Virus record (IMG/VR): IMGVR_UViG_651703101_000001
Location: 64,001-128,000 of that record
DNA length: 64,000 bases
Direction: 5' to 3' (one strand)
Source of the DNA: a virus
Taxonomy: Duplodnaviria > Caudoviricetes
Positions 37,508-46,553 of this stretch are shown here, piece by piece; within the stretch, counting starts at the first letter, position 1; every line of letters starts with the position of its first letter. Made by a program: the position numbers and the translations under genes. The notes below the pieces were generated by a model. The model made no database searches, had not been told where the DNA came from, and saw nothing but the letters and a program-made list of their open reading frames with translations.

Positions 37508-39973
37508 TTAGTCATCAATTGTCCATGGATCAAAAGATAAATCTAGATTCTTTTTAGGAACGACATTTCTAGGATATGAAATTGGTGGTCTTCCCTTTTC
37601 TTTACGAATGTGATTTGCATTTGCAATAACATTTGTGTCTGCAGATCGTTTATCGTATGCGGTGCTCATTCTCTGTTCAAGTTCACTCTGTTCTTTTGGA
37701 GTTAGACCATCGTAGATTTGAGAAATGTAATCGATAATTTCTTCATCTTTAAGATCATAATTATTTCTTAGTTCTTTAAGATCTTCGTCTGTTAAACGAA
37801 TTCCACCTCTACCGATCTTAGATTCAAAATCATCATTTGCATCCCAATCATCGGGGTCGATTCCCAGTCTTTGTTTAAGACTACTTTTGACCTTTTTAAT
37901 GTTTGTAGCTAAGATATCTTGTATTTCGACAGGAAGATCATCGAATTGAGCACCACCAGCCAATTGATAATCTTCACCCGTATATCCAGCAAGAGCTTCT
38001 TCTAAAGCACTCCATGGATCATCGTTGGCGAGTCCCAAATCTAGAATTGTAGGATTTCCATCGTCATCCATAAACACATTAGATCCATGCATATCATTGT
38101 GTGATATACCAGCCTGGTGGAGAGCTGCTCTTGCTCTCCAAATATTTGCTGCTCTTTCACTAGCAGTAGAAGGATCTAAGTCACGATATGCTCTACTCCA
38201 TGGTCTTCCTTTTGCTTTTGTCATTGCATAGGTTCCCTCGGCGGTGGGCCCTAAACCAAATGGATCAGTAGCATTTGGATAATTTTCTTCACCTGGAGCT
38301 CTTGCAAATCTAGTCTCTGCATTTGGGTTATTTCTTTCACTTGATTGGTGAGAGAATGGACTCTTGAATATGGCGTTAACTAGAGTAGGAAAATAAGGTG
38401 AATCTTTTAGTTTGTGTAAAACTTTGAGTTCTTTAGGTCCAATATGTCCATCTTTAATAACATGATCCCCAGTCTTTGATAGATACGCAGAACCGAAAGC
38501 TCCAGCCCCCAATTGATTTAGGCCCTTTAGGTCACTAATATCAAAGTCGGGATCAGCGAGAAGTTCACGCAATTCTGCGTTCATTTTTTCAACTCTTTCC
38601 TGATCTTTTTTCTTTTGAGGAATAGTGGGAAGTTCTTTGAGTTTATTCCTAAAATCACGCGCATCCCATACTGGACCATCACGGCCAACTTGTAAAGCTT
38701 GATTTTCGATAGAGGCCATTGCATTCTCTCTATCAGTTGTTCCCATCTTGTCAAGGGCAGCAGCTGCAGCCTTTTCTGTTCTTCCGCCAGTTTTATTTTT
38801 AAGATTATTTAATTGTGTATCTACACCAGTGTAACCCTTATCTACCTTAGGCTGCATGAGGGTTGCAAGATCTTTCATGATGCGATCATGATCATCTTCT
38901 TCGTCTGTAAATCCACCACCTAGGACTTTATTCATATCACCTAGCCCTTTTCTTGGTGGTGCACCAATTTCTCTACGATGATTACTGTCAGATCGATCTT
39001 GTTGAATATCTCTATTACGTTTTGCCTGCTTTCTTGCATCGGTAGTACCTACCCCACCTTCTCTATGCCATTCTGTAGCACCAGCATCTAATGGACCACT
39101 ATAATTTTTCGCGTGTTGTTCTCTTCTATTTCTAGCCAGTAGTTGTGCACCGTGAGTATTCAATCCAGAGTTGAGTTCCTTTGCACCTTGAGTTCTTTGG
39201 GATCTACGAACTTCGGTAATATACTCCAACGCCTCATCGACTAACTTATCGAAGGACATATTTTTAAAGTTAGAACCATCTGGTCCTGCAGCCCAGCTGA
39301 AATTGTTATTAGAACCGACGTAAGTATCAGGAGGAATTTCATCTTCCTCTGACTTCTCTTGATCGTTGATCATATTATTTCCATCAGGTCCACCATCCCA
39401 GCCCATTTCATTGGGCATGTTAGCATCTTCTGGTGGTCTTTCCTTTCCAGGTTCAGGTGCACCAAGAATATTACTTCCCGGTGGTGCAGCAACTTGTTGC
39501 TCTGAATCTTTCTGAGCTAGTGGATCTCCCATTGCAATTTCAGAGTCTTCATTATCGAGTTCTGCTTGTTTTTCCGCATTAATCGGAACTAGCTGATCAC
39601 CTTCTGTTTTGTATTCGGTCTTTCCTGTTTGTGGATTTTGCCAATAACCAAATCCACGATATTTCAAGCCCAATTCTTGGGCTTTCTTCTGAGCAGGAGT
39701 TAACTCTTTTTCAGATAAAATTGACTCAAGTTTAAGAGACTTGTTGATATCTTTAACCTGTTTCTTAACAGCAGATGCACCAAACTTAAGAAGATCTCTT
39801 GGATCTTTTACGTGAATAACTGGAGCTTTAGGATCATTAGCATTAAATTCTCCATATCCAGTTTTGGCTGTAGATAATGATTGTTTGAAAACTTTCTTCT
39901 TAAGTTTCTTAATAGATTTAGAATCTAAACGTTCTGACTTCTTTTCTGAAAGAAATTGATCAAATGATATCAT
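37508..39973 (-). CDS. Large protein with C-terminal protein-kinase-like domain
   Basis: LGAGAFGSAY, HVIK, HNDMHGSNV, ILDLG; N-terminus MISFDQFLSE. Confidence 0.8.
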   Translation of the reverse strand: MISFDQFLSEKKSERLDSKSIKKLKKKVFKQSLSTAKTGYGEFNANDPKAPVIHVKDPRDLLKFGASAVKKQVKDINKSLKLESILSEKELTPAQKKAQELGLKYRGFGYWQNPQTGKTEYKTEGDQLVPINAEKQAELDNEDSEIAMGDPLAQKDSEQQVAAPPGSNILGAPEPGKERPPEDANMPNEMGWDGGPDGNNMINDQEKSEEDEIPPDTYVGSNNNFSWAAGPDGSNFKNMSFDKLVDEALEYITEVRRSQRTQGAKELNSGLNTHGAQLLARNRREQHAKNYSGPLDAGATEWHREGGVGTTDARKQAKRNRDIQQDRSDSNHRREIGAPPRKGLGDMNKVLGGGFTDEEDDHDRIMKDLATLMQPKVDKGYTGVDTQLNNLKNKTGGRTEKAAAAALDKMGTTDRENAMASIENQALQVGRDGPVWDARDFRNKLKELPTIPQKKKDQERVEKMNAELRELLADPDFDISDLKGLNQLGAGAFGSAYLSKTGDHVIKDGHIGPKELKVLHKLKDSPYFPTLVNAIFKSPFSHQSSERNNPNAETRFARAPGEENYPNATDPFGLGPTAEGTYAMTKAKGRPWSRAYRDLDPSTASERAANIWRARAALHQAGISHNDMHGSNVFMDDDGNPTILDLGLANDDPWSALEEALAGYTGEDYQLAGGAQFDDLPVEIQDILATNIKKVKSSLKQRLGIDPDDWDANDDFESKIGRGGIRLTDEDLKELRNNYDLKDEEIIDYISQIYDGLTPKEQSELEQRMSTAYDKRSADTNVIANANHIRKEKGRPPISYPRNVVPKKNLDLSFDPWTIDD

Positions 39974-40425
39974 TTTTTATCCCTCTTTGGTAGAGCCTGA
40001 GCAAGAACCCACTCCCCACTAGCTTTATCAAATCTTTTATACTGACCTTTCATGAGCTGTTCTTTTGGAGGTTGTCCGGTCTTACCGTACATCATTCTAT
40101 CTTTTTCTTTCTTAAGTCTTTTTTCGTTCTTTTCGTCTTCTTCTTTTGAAGTGTGTGCCATACGTCCTACTGAATAAACTGCTTCCTTAAGTCTTTCTCC
40201 ATCCTCTAAAGCATACCCACCATCCATTCCATTTGATCCGATGACATTGTAACCTTCGATATCAGGTGGAGTTTCGTCTACTTTAGTATCTTTAGTTTTA
40301 GATCCGATTGGAATACAACCTCCAATATTTTTATCCCATCGATATCCTTTTTTGCACTTTGGAGTTTTACCTTCAATTTGGTAGTTGGGATATTCGATTG
40401 CCTCAAGAAACTCAGAGAAATTCAT
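39970..40425 (-). CDS. Putative internal head protein
   Basis: MNFSEFLEA; KCKKGYRWD..CIP. Confidence 0.65.
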   Translation of the reverse strand: MNFSEFLEAIEYPNYQIEGKTPKCKKGYRWDKNIGGCIPIGSKTKDTKVDETPPDIEGYNVIGSNGMDGGYALEDGERLKEAVYSVGRMAHTSKEEDEKNEKRLKKEKDRMMYGKTGQPPKEQLMKGQYKRFDKASGEWVLAQALPKRDKK

Positions 40426-40460
40426 GTGTTAAACATTTTATTCTATTTAGTTTCTATACA

Positions 40461-41654
40461 TTACCACTTCTTTTCAAGTGTGAAGTTAAGTCTTGCAAAC
40501 TCTAGACGATCTACAAGTTTACATGCTTTGTCGTTGACAATACCAACAAATCCTTCGGGCGAAGTTGCTTTGTAGTCACCATTTCCCATGTCTGCAAACA
40601 GTTTTAGTTTAGAAACCTTTTTCATTTTGTTCACTAGAATATTTTTACAGTATTGAATATTCATGTAAGAAGCAATAACCATCTTAAGACCTTGATGATT
40701 TTTCTCAATGAACTCGATCATGTTCATGAAATCAGTTACTTTCTTAGATTGAGCTGAAGAAGTAGTTAGTTTTTCGGTAGCTTGACCAAACTTTAAAGCC
40801 ATGTGGCGGAGGAAATCACTGTATGCTTTTTCGACAGAAGGAATTGCTTGACCCTCGCGAACATACTTGTTAAAGAAGATCTTGAATTCGGTATCAATGG
40901 CGAGTGTCTTTTTACCAGTTTGAATTAGATCTAGTGTTCTATTCGCTTGCTTTAGTGAACCCTCTGCACGACGGAGAGCAGCTTCATATTTTCTCTTTTC
41001 GTTTGGATTGAGTTGAGCAATTCCACTGATATCAGTAAACTCAGCTTTCTCCACCCATACTTCAGTTGACTTAGAGAAATCAGAATCGGAAATAGAGAAG
41101 GAAGATTGCATCGACTCAAAATCACTCCCTGTATATTTGGTATGAAATACAATACCTAGATTTGCCCCGTCGATTTCACGACCAAGGGGAGTATGAGGTT
41201 CTACTGCATATGTAATGGTGTTGGGTCTGAAAGTAATATACTCTTTTCCATCAATTCTCTCTTTCTTTTTATCGTTGGTGAACATAAGATCACCCTGTAG
41301 AACACCAGACTTGACAACGTTAGGGAGATACTTAAGCGCTGCAGTCATTTTCTCATTCAGACCACCACTATACAGTTGATTAACTTCTGTTTGAGTCTTG
41401 GCCAGTTTGGGAGTTTTTGCAAAGACACCTTTGGTTCCTACAAAGAACTTACCATCACGGGGATCAATACCACAAATAACAGCTGGGGCTCCGTCCCATT
41501 TAGTTGTGACTTTGACTCCAGGTGCACCGGTACCAGAAAGAAACTGACCCATATACTTCAGAACTTCAATTACTTTCCGGCCGCCATCTTTTCCTAGATT
41601 GATAATATCATCTTCAAGATGTTCAAGGTGAACGTTCTTACCGTCTTTGGCCAT
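40461..41654 (-). CDS. Conserved phage protein (DUF6267-like) with ligase/capping nucleotidyltransferase motifs
   Basis: HLEHLED, TTKWDGAP (KxDG), QGDLMF, PEGFV, KLVDRLEF. Confidence 0.75.
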   Translation of the reverse strand: MAKDGKNVHLEHLEDDIINLGKDGGRKVIEVLKYMGQFLSGTGAPGVKVTTKWDGAPAVICGIDPRDGKFFVGTKGVFAKTPKLAKTQTEVNQLYSGGLNEKMTAALKYLPNVVKSGVLQGDLMFTNDKKKERIDGKEYITFRPNTITYAVEPHTPLGREIDGANLGIVFHTKYTGSDFESMQSSFSISDSDFSKSTEVWVEKAEFTDISGIAQLNPNEKRKYEAALRRAEGSLKQANRTLDLIQTGKKTLAIDTEFKIFFNKYVREGQAIPSVEKAYSDFLRHMALKFGQATEKLTTSSAQSKKVTDFMNMIEFIEKNHQGLKMVIASYMNIQYCKNILVNKMKKVSKLKLFADMGNGDYKATSPEGFVGIVNDKACKLVDRLEFARLNFTLEKKW

Positions 41655-41675
41655 ACAATGCCTTTTTCTGTATTT

Positions 41676-41733
41676 ATTCTAACACAAAAAAGGGGAGCTT
41701 AAAGCTCCCCCGTGACAGTTCTAGAACTGTCCT
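41676..41733 (-). promoter_or_regulatory. Palindrome + terminator hairpin + extended -10 promoter
   Basis: GTGACAGT-N6-ACTGTCC at 41712, 30 nt from TAGAAT; late-like ATAAATA overlaps. Confidence 0.75.
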
Positions 41734-41936
41734 TCTCTGTGGGTTCGTTCTAGTTCTTCACTGAGACATTCAAGGAAGTAGGCATTCATTTCTTTTGTGA
41801 ATCGTTTCTTGTCTTTCTCAGACATTTGGGAGACGATTCTCATCACATCAACACCATCTAGGTCTTTGGGTAGTTCAGTCACTTCTGATCCTCTAGTTTC
41901 TTCTGGTTTGGGAAAGATGCATTCAAATATTTCCAT
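41721..41936 (-). CDS. Hypothetical protein
   Basis: ORF in packed operon. Confidence 0.55.
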   Translation of the reverse strand: MEIFECIFPKPEETRGSEVTELPKDLDGVDVMRIVSQMSEKDKKRFTKEMNAYFLECLSEELERTHREGQF

Positions 41937-41937
41937 C

Positions 41938-42168
41938 TTACTCGTACCTCTTTTTGTGTAATAGATCAGTGATAGAAGTTTCTACACTATCCAACGTATC
42001 TACTCTACATTTGTCTAACGCAGCCTCTATCATTGAGTACAGAAACATCGCATGTTGAAAGTCATTCATTTCAACATAGACCTCATCATTGTTATAGGTG
42101 AAAGTGGCAGTGCCCCATTGTTCATCCTGTTCTGCCTTCCATTGAAATTTAATGTAATTTTGTTTCAT
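41938..42168 (-). CDS. Hypothetical protein
   Basis: ATGA-coupled ORF. Confidence 0.55.
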   Translation of the reverse strand: MKQNYIKFQWKAEQDEQWGTATFTYNNDEVYVEMNDFQHAMFLYSMIEAALDKCRVDTLDSVETSITDLLHKKRYE

Positions 42169-42464
42169 AGATAACCGTTTTCCTGTAGATAATCTTTATC
42201 AAAGTCTCTCAAATAAGGATCAAATGGATCCGTATTGTAAGTATTTGCAAATAACTTGTTATTCATTTTATACCAACTCACATTTAACATATACCAGAAC
42301 GATGCATTATGACCATCGTACCAACATAGGCCTTCTGAATCATGATTACCAAATATATTAGTGGATGGCCAATCGTCCTGAGAGTTTTGGTTACAAATAA
42401 TACTTTCTACTGGACATACCATATGATATTTCCAGTAATCGAATATCATTTTAGTTAGGTTCAC
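42165..42464 (-). CDS. Hypothetical protein
   Basis: Trp/Asn-rich coupled ORF. Confidence 0.55.
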   Translation of the reverse strand: MNLTKMIFDYWKYHMVCPVESIICNQNSQDDWPSTNIFGNHDSEGLCWYDGHNASFWYMLNVSWYKMNNKLFANTYNTDPFDPYLRDFDKDYLQENGYL

Positions 42465-42871
42465 AGATCACCCTCTTCGCGATTCTCGGAATAGTATGGA
42501 TCAAATTCTCCACCTGGGTATCTCTTTTGTAATTTATCGATGTTACCATCTACAGCTTCTTCAAAAGAAATATCAAGTGCAATCAAACACTGAGCAACAT
42601 ACCAAAGTACATCACCCAATTCTCTCTTCAAATGGAACTTGGTTTCATCATTCCAGGGTTTACCTTGAAAGATGAGTTTCTTAACAATTTCTAGTGCCTC
42701 TCCACCTTCTGCACAGATTCCTACAGCACCCGTGAGTAACCTTTCGATGTTTGCACCCTTGGAATCTAGGGCAACCAGTCGGTCAGATAGTGAAATGAAA
42801 TCTTTCGATTCATCTGATGTAACAGCATCAACGAACTGTTGATACTTTGCAAAGTCAATTTTCTTAGTCAT
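42461..42871 (-). CDS. mazG: MazG nucleotide pyrophosphohydrolase
   Basis: RLLTGAVGICAEGGE..VKKLIFQGK..RELGDVLWY..KLQKRYP. Confidence 0.93.
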   Translation of the reverse strand: MTKKIDFAKYQQFVDAVTSDESKDFISLSDRLVALDSKGANIERLLTGAVGICAEGGEALEIVKKLIFQGKPWNDETKFHLKRELGDVLWYVAQCLIALDISFEEAVDGNIDKLQKRYPGGEFDPYYSENREEGDL

Positions 42872-42878
42872 GATTAAT

Positions 42879-43199
42879 TTAATTAGTAGAGAATATGTAA
42901 CCCTGAGGGCCAGAAGGTTGTTCAGAAACTTCGATCCAGCAGGAACCATTATAACACCAAGTCTTCATGTTCTTAGTGTCATAATATTTGTGCCCTCTTC
43001 TTACATTCATCGGGAATGGCCCATGATCGACTTCCTTGGACCTCACCGTAGTTGGTGGAAGTCCATAAGGATCCATCAACAACTCTGCGTTAGAATCGAT
43101 ACCGAAGACTTCTAGATCTTCCGGCCGGGACAGTTCCAGATAACGTAGAAATTCCCATGTTGATAGGTCTTTTACCCTGATGGGTTTTTGTTCAGTCAT
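42879..43199 (-). CDS. Hypothetical protein
   Basis: ORF between gp41 and mazG. Confidence 0.55.
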   Translation of the reverse strand: MTEQKPIRVKDLSTWEFLRYLELSRPEDLEVFGIDSNAELLMDPYGLPPTTVRSKEVDHGPFPMNVRRGHKYYDTKNMKTWCYNGSCWIEVSEQPSGPQGYIFSTN

Positions 43200-44568
43200 A
43201 ATCGAAGTCTGTGAACTTGGATGAACCAAAGGTCTTGGTAGGAACTACATCATCAATGATGTCTTCCTGGGCTGACTGTTCAACATCATAGAGCCTCATC
43301 TTAGAATAGTCAACCCCCACAACAAATCTTTTCAGAGTTTGTTTGGTTGCAAAACGATTCTTAAGTTGTTTGACCATCAATTGACCTAGTTGTTCCAGTT
43401 GTTCATCTGTAGTCATAGAGAACATAAAGTCAGCAGTCGCTGGTAGACCGAAAGATTCTGAAGTATTTTCTAGGCCGGGGTCGGATGATGTGAATCCTGT
43501 TCTGTTTGTTTGTGTTGCTGACACAATAGGAACTTTATGCTTTACAGCAAGTCCACGAATTTCTTCAGCAATGCTTTTGACCATAGTATAGCTATTGACA
43601 TTGGCACCAGCACGGTAACGAACACTTGAACATATATTGAGATAATCAATAAAAATAATATCTGGCTTGAAGCTCTTCTTAATTGATAGTTCTTTAAGAA
43701 GTGATTCAAAGTGACCAACGTGAGCAGACGCTGTAGGATATTCTTTGATGAAAAGTTTTCCACAAGTTTTTTGTTTAATCAATTTAATCTTATTTACAAA
43801 GTTTGATTTTGGAACTCCACCAATGTCATCCAATGAGATGTTAATTAGATTGGCGTCAATTCTTTCTGCAATTTTTTCTTCTGCCATTTCCAATGTGATG
43901 TACAGAACGTTATAACCATTCTCTAACATCGATCCAGCAACAGAACACATAAACAAAGACTTACCAACGTTTGTACCAGCCATACAAACTGTTAATGTTT
44001 TCTTTGGAAGTCCACCTTTTGTAATTTTGTCAAAGTAAGTGAGTCCCATAGGGACTCTTTCTTCTGTTGTATGGTAGAACTCATAACGTTGCTCGTAGTC
44101 TTCAAGATAATCATGACCAACATGATCATCGAATCCCACAGATAATGCCTCAGAAAGAAGATCAGGAATCGATTCCGGTCCTTTATCTTTTACATTACCG
44201 TCATGAATTGAGATTGCTTCTAGAAGCGCCAGATAGACTGCTCGTTCTTTGCACCATCGTTCTGTTTCGTCAATAAGCCAGTCTGTGGAATACTCCACAG
44301 AGGACTTGGTAGTAATGGAGGAACATACATCACATATAGCAGAAAATTCTGGTTTTGAATATCCCTTGAGTTGCTCAACTTCAATAGCAAGGACCTCGGC
44401 TGTTGGTAGTTGATCATACTGGCTAAAGTGCTGCTTACAGATATCAAATACTTTGCGTCCTTCGGACGACGTAAAGTAAACGTCCTCAATATATGGTAAT
44501 ACTTTCCTGGTGTAAGTTTCATCATTTAATAGTCCTTTTAGGATGGTAATTTCAAGCTGGGATGTCAT
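43192..44568 (-). CDS. gp41: Replicative DNA helicase gp41
   Basis: AGTNVGKS, ITLEMAEE, IKEYPT, IDYLNI, ATQTNR, SESFGLPATAD. Confidence 0.97.
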   Translation of the reverse strand: MTSQLEITILKGLLNDETYTRKVLPYIEDVYFTSSEGRKVFDICKQHFSQYDQLPTAEVLAIEVEQLKGYSKPEFSAICDVCSSITTKSSVEYSTDWLIDETERWCKERAVYLALLEAISIHDGNVKDKGPESIPDLLSEALSVGFDDHVGHDYLEDYEQRYEFYHTTEERVPMGLTYFDKITKGGLPKKTLTVCMAGTNVGKSLFMCSVAGSMLENGYNVLYITLEMAEEKIAERIDANLINISLDDIGGVPKSNFVNKIKLIKQKTCGKLFIKEYPTASAHVGHFESLLKELSIKKSFKPDIIFIDYLNICSSVRYRAGANVNSYTMVKSIAEEIRGLAVKHKVPIVSATQTNRTGFTSSDPGLENTSESFGLPATADFMFSMTTDEQLEQLGQLMVKQLKNRFATKQTLKRFVVGVDYSKMRLYDVEQSAQEDIIDDVVPTKTFGSSKFTDFDYD

Positions 44569-44978
44569 ACTTCCGGTGCAAATTTACATAGTCGTGTATC
44601 AATATTACTGGTGTCATATTCTGCCAGATGATATCTAAAGGTTACGTCTAACACTTTGTCGAACTGCAGTTTGTCAAACTCCAACTCATAAATGCTGTGA
44701 TCAAATGCAACCATTTCTCCATTCAATGCACGTTTCCCATGGTAGAAATGGTTATTGCAATAATTGTGTAGACTCATTATGTGTAGTTCATGAATCCCTA
44801 AGTTATGTGCCATTCTAGTGGTAGACTGCCATATGCATGCGGTAGGAACGACATAAATTGAACCCGGTGGTAATGATACTAGGGCCTGGGTTGTCCTTCC
44901 TGTTCTTCTGAGATTAACCGGTTTAGGTTCGGGTTCGGGTTTCAGAATATACTTTCTATAGATTTCTTCTGCGTTCAT
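44565..44978 (-). CDS. Hypothetical protein with degenerate P-loop (RRTGRT)
   Basis: MNAEEIYRKY N-terminus; RRTGRTT..YVVP. Confidence 0.55.
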   Translation of the reverse strand: MNAEEIYRKYILKPEPEPKPVNLRRTGRTTQALVSLPPGSIYVVPTACIWQSTTRMAHNLGIHELHIMSLHNYCNNHFYHGKRALNGEMVAFDHSIYELEFDKLQFDKVLDVTFRYHLAEYDTSNIDTRLCKFAPEV

Positions 44979-45553
44979 GTGTAATTCAAGTAGGTGGACA
45001 TAATATACTTGGCACCTGAAAGTACAGGACGCCCCCTATGAGGGAACATCCACATAGGGGGGAAGATTAAGACAGATCCTGTTTTTGGTCTGATATCGTA
45101 GATGTCAATGTAGGTGTCAGATGGTTGATCATATTGGACAAAGGTAGTCTCCCCACCATCAAAATCATCATTCAGATAGAAAAGTAAAGACAAGTATCGT
45201 TTGCAAGATGTTAGATCACCAACATCTACGTGAACATCATATCGATCTTCAGATTGTCCCACATAACGTTTGATTCTGAATTCTTCCATTCCCGTTGATT
45301 CTGGAAACCAATGTTGACAGAATGGTTGATCCATATGATATTTAAGAAGACCATAATGGGCAAATTTAACTAGATCAGCAACCAAGGAAGGACAACTTTG
45401 ATTTAGATTCAATTGAGTAAAATTTGGTCTTCCATTATTGGAAACAATTTGTTTATCTGAATCAAATTGCATGAAATTTACAAGATGTTTACAGACATAC
45501 TGGGGAAGTATATTTTCGTAAACTCTAACAAACTCAAGTGGAGGGGTAGCCAT
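44975..45553 (-). CDS. 2OG-Fe(II) oxygenase
   Basis: HVD, LFYLNDDFDGGET, FPP.W.FPHRG, KYI. Confidence 0.9.
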   Translation of the reverse strand: MATPPLEFVRVYENILPQYVCKHLVNFMQFDSDKQIVSNNGRPNFTQLNLNQSCPSLVADLVKFAHYGLLKYHMDQPFCQHWFPESTGMEEFRIKRYVGQSEDRYDVHVDVGDLTSCKRYLSLLFYLNDDFDGGETTFVQYDQPSDTYIDIYDIRPKTGSVLIFPPMWMFPHRGRPVLSGAKYIMSTYLNYT

Positions 45554-46547
45554 AAGAAAATATCACTTTTGCTGCTTCATCAAGTTCTTGCATCACTTCA
45601 TCAGTGAAGTAATTTTCTGGATTTTTATAGATTTCTTTCTCATAAATCTTTTTACCATTCACTTCAATACGGCCGGCGGTCTTGGTCCAGATCCCCGCCT
45701 CGATCGCCAGATCTACAAGACCATAATATTTGTCTAGTCCTCTTTCATCATAGAACAAACGAATCGTTACCTCTTGATTTTCTTTACTCAACCTAGACTT
45801 TGCCGTTTTAGCCTTGATCAGGTTGCCGATGACTTCAGTTCCATCCTTCTCTTTCTTCTTAGAGAGATAGATAATGGTAGATGCAGCGTACTTAAGTCCA
45901 CTACCACCACCCATTTCTTTGGTTGGAACATAAGAACCAATCACATCATAGGTATGATTGGTTACAATCATAGGAATGTTTGCCTTACCCAAAGCCAAAG
46001 TGAGCACACGAAATGCACCTTTGGTTAATTGTGCCTTAGTCATATCGCGGACCTGTTTGTCGTCAAGGATATCTGTTACTTCCTTAGTGGTAGATAACAT
46101 ACCAAGACTATCTAAAACAAACAAAAGGGGAGTTCTTTCACTTTCTGGTTTCTTGGTGTGAATATCACATGCCTTAAGAGCAATATTGCGGAACTCTTCG
46201 ATTGTCGCGACATTTACTATTGCAACCCTAGAAGTATCGATATTTCTATCTTCTAGGAGTGACTTCGTAATGGCAGATTCAGTATCAAAATAAACAATAG
46301 ATCCGTTAGGATGAGTATCCAAAAAGTTTTGCACGACAGCAAGCGCGAAAAAGGTTTTTCCAGTAGAAGACTCCCCAGCGATAGCGGTAATCTTATTCCC
46401 AGATACACCACCAAAGATACTACCAGAAACCAATGCATTGAAAATGTAACTACCTGTGTCAACAAATGTTGAACTGTCTTGTATATTTGATGCAATTGAT
46501 GCATATTCTCCACCAACTTGTTGAACAATTTCATTTAGGATACTCAT
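45534..46547 (-). CDS. uvsX: RecA-like recombinase UvsX
   Basis: DTGSYIFNAL, AGESSTGKT, LDSLGML, MGGGSGLKYAAS. Confidence 0.96.
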   Translation of the reverse strand: MSILNEIVQQVGGEYASIASNIQDSSTFVDTGSYIFNALVSGSIFGGVSGNKITAIAGESSTGKTFFALAVVQNFLDTHPNGSIVYFDTESAITKSLLEDRNIDTSRVAIVNVATIEEFRNIALKACDIHTKKPESERTPLLFVLDSLGMLSTTKEVTDILDDKQVRDMTKAQLTKGAFRVLTLALGKANIPMIVTNHTYDVIGSYVPTKEMGGGSGLKYAASTIIYLSKKKEKDGTEVIGNLIKAKTAKSRLSKENQEVTIRLFYDERGLDKYYGLVDLAIEAGIWTKTAGRIEVNGKKIYEKEIYKNPENYFTDEVMQELDEAAKVIFSYGYPST

Positions 46548-46553
46548 AATAGT

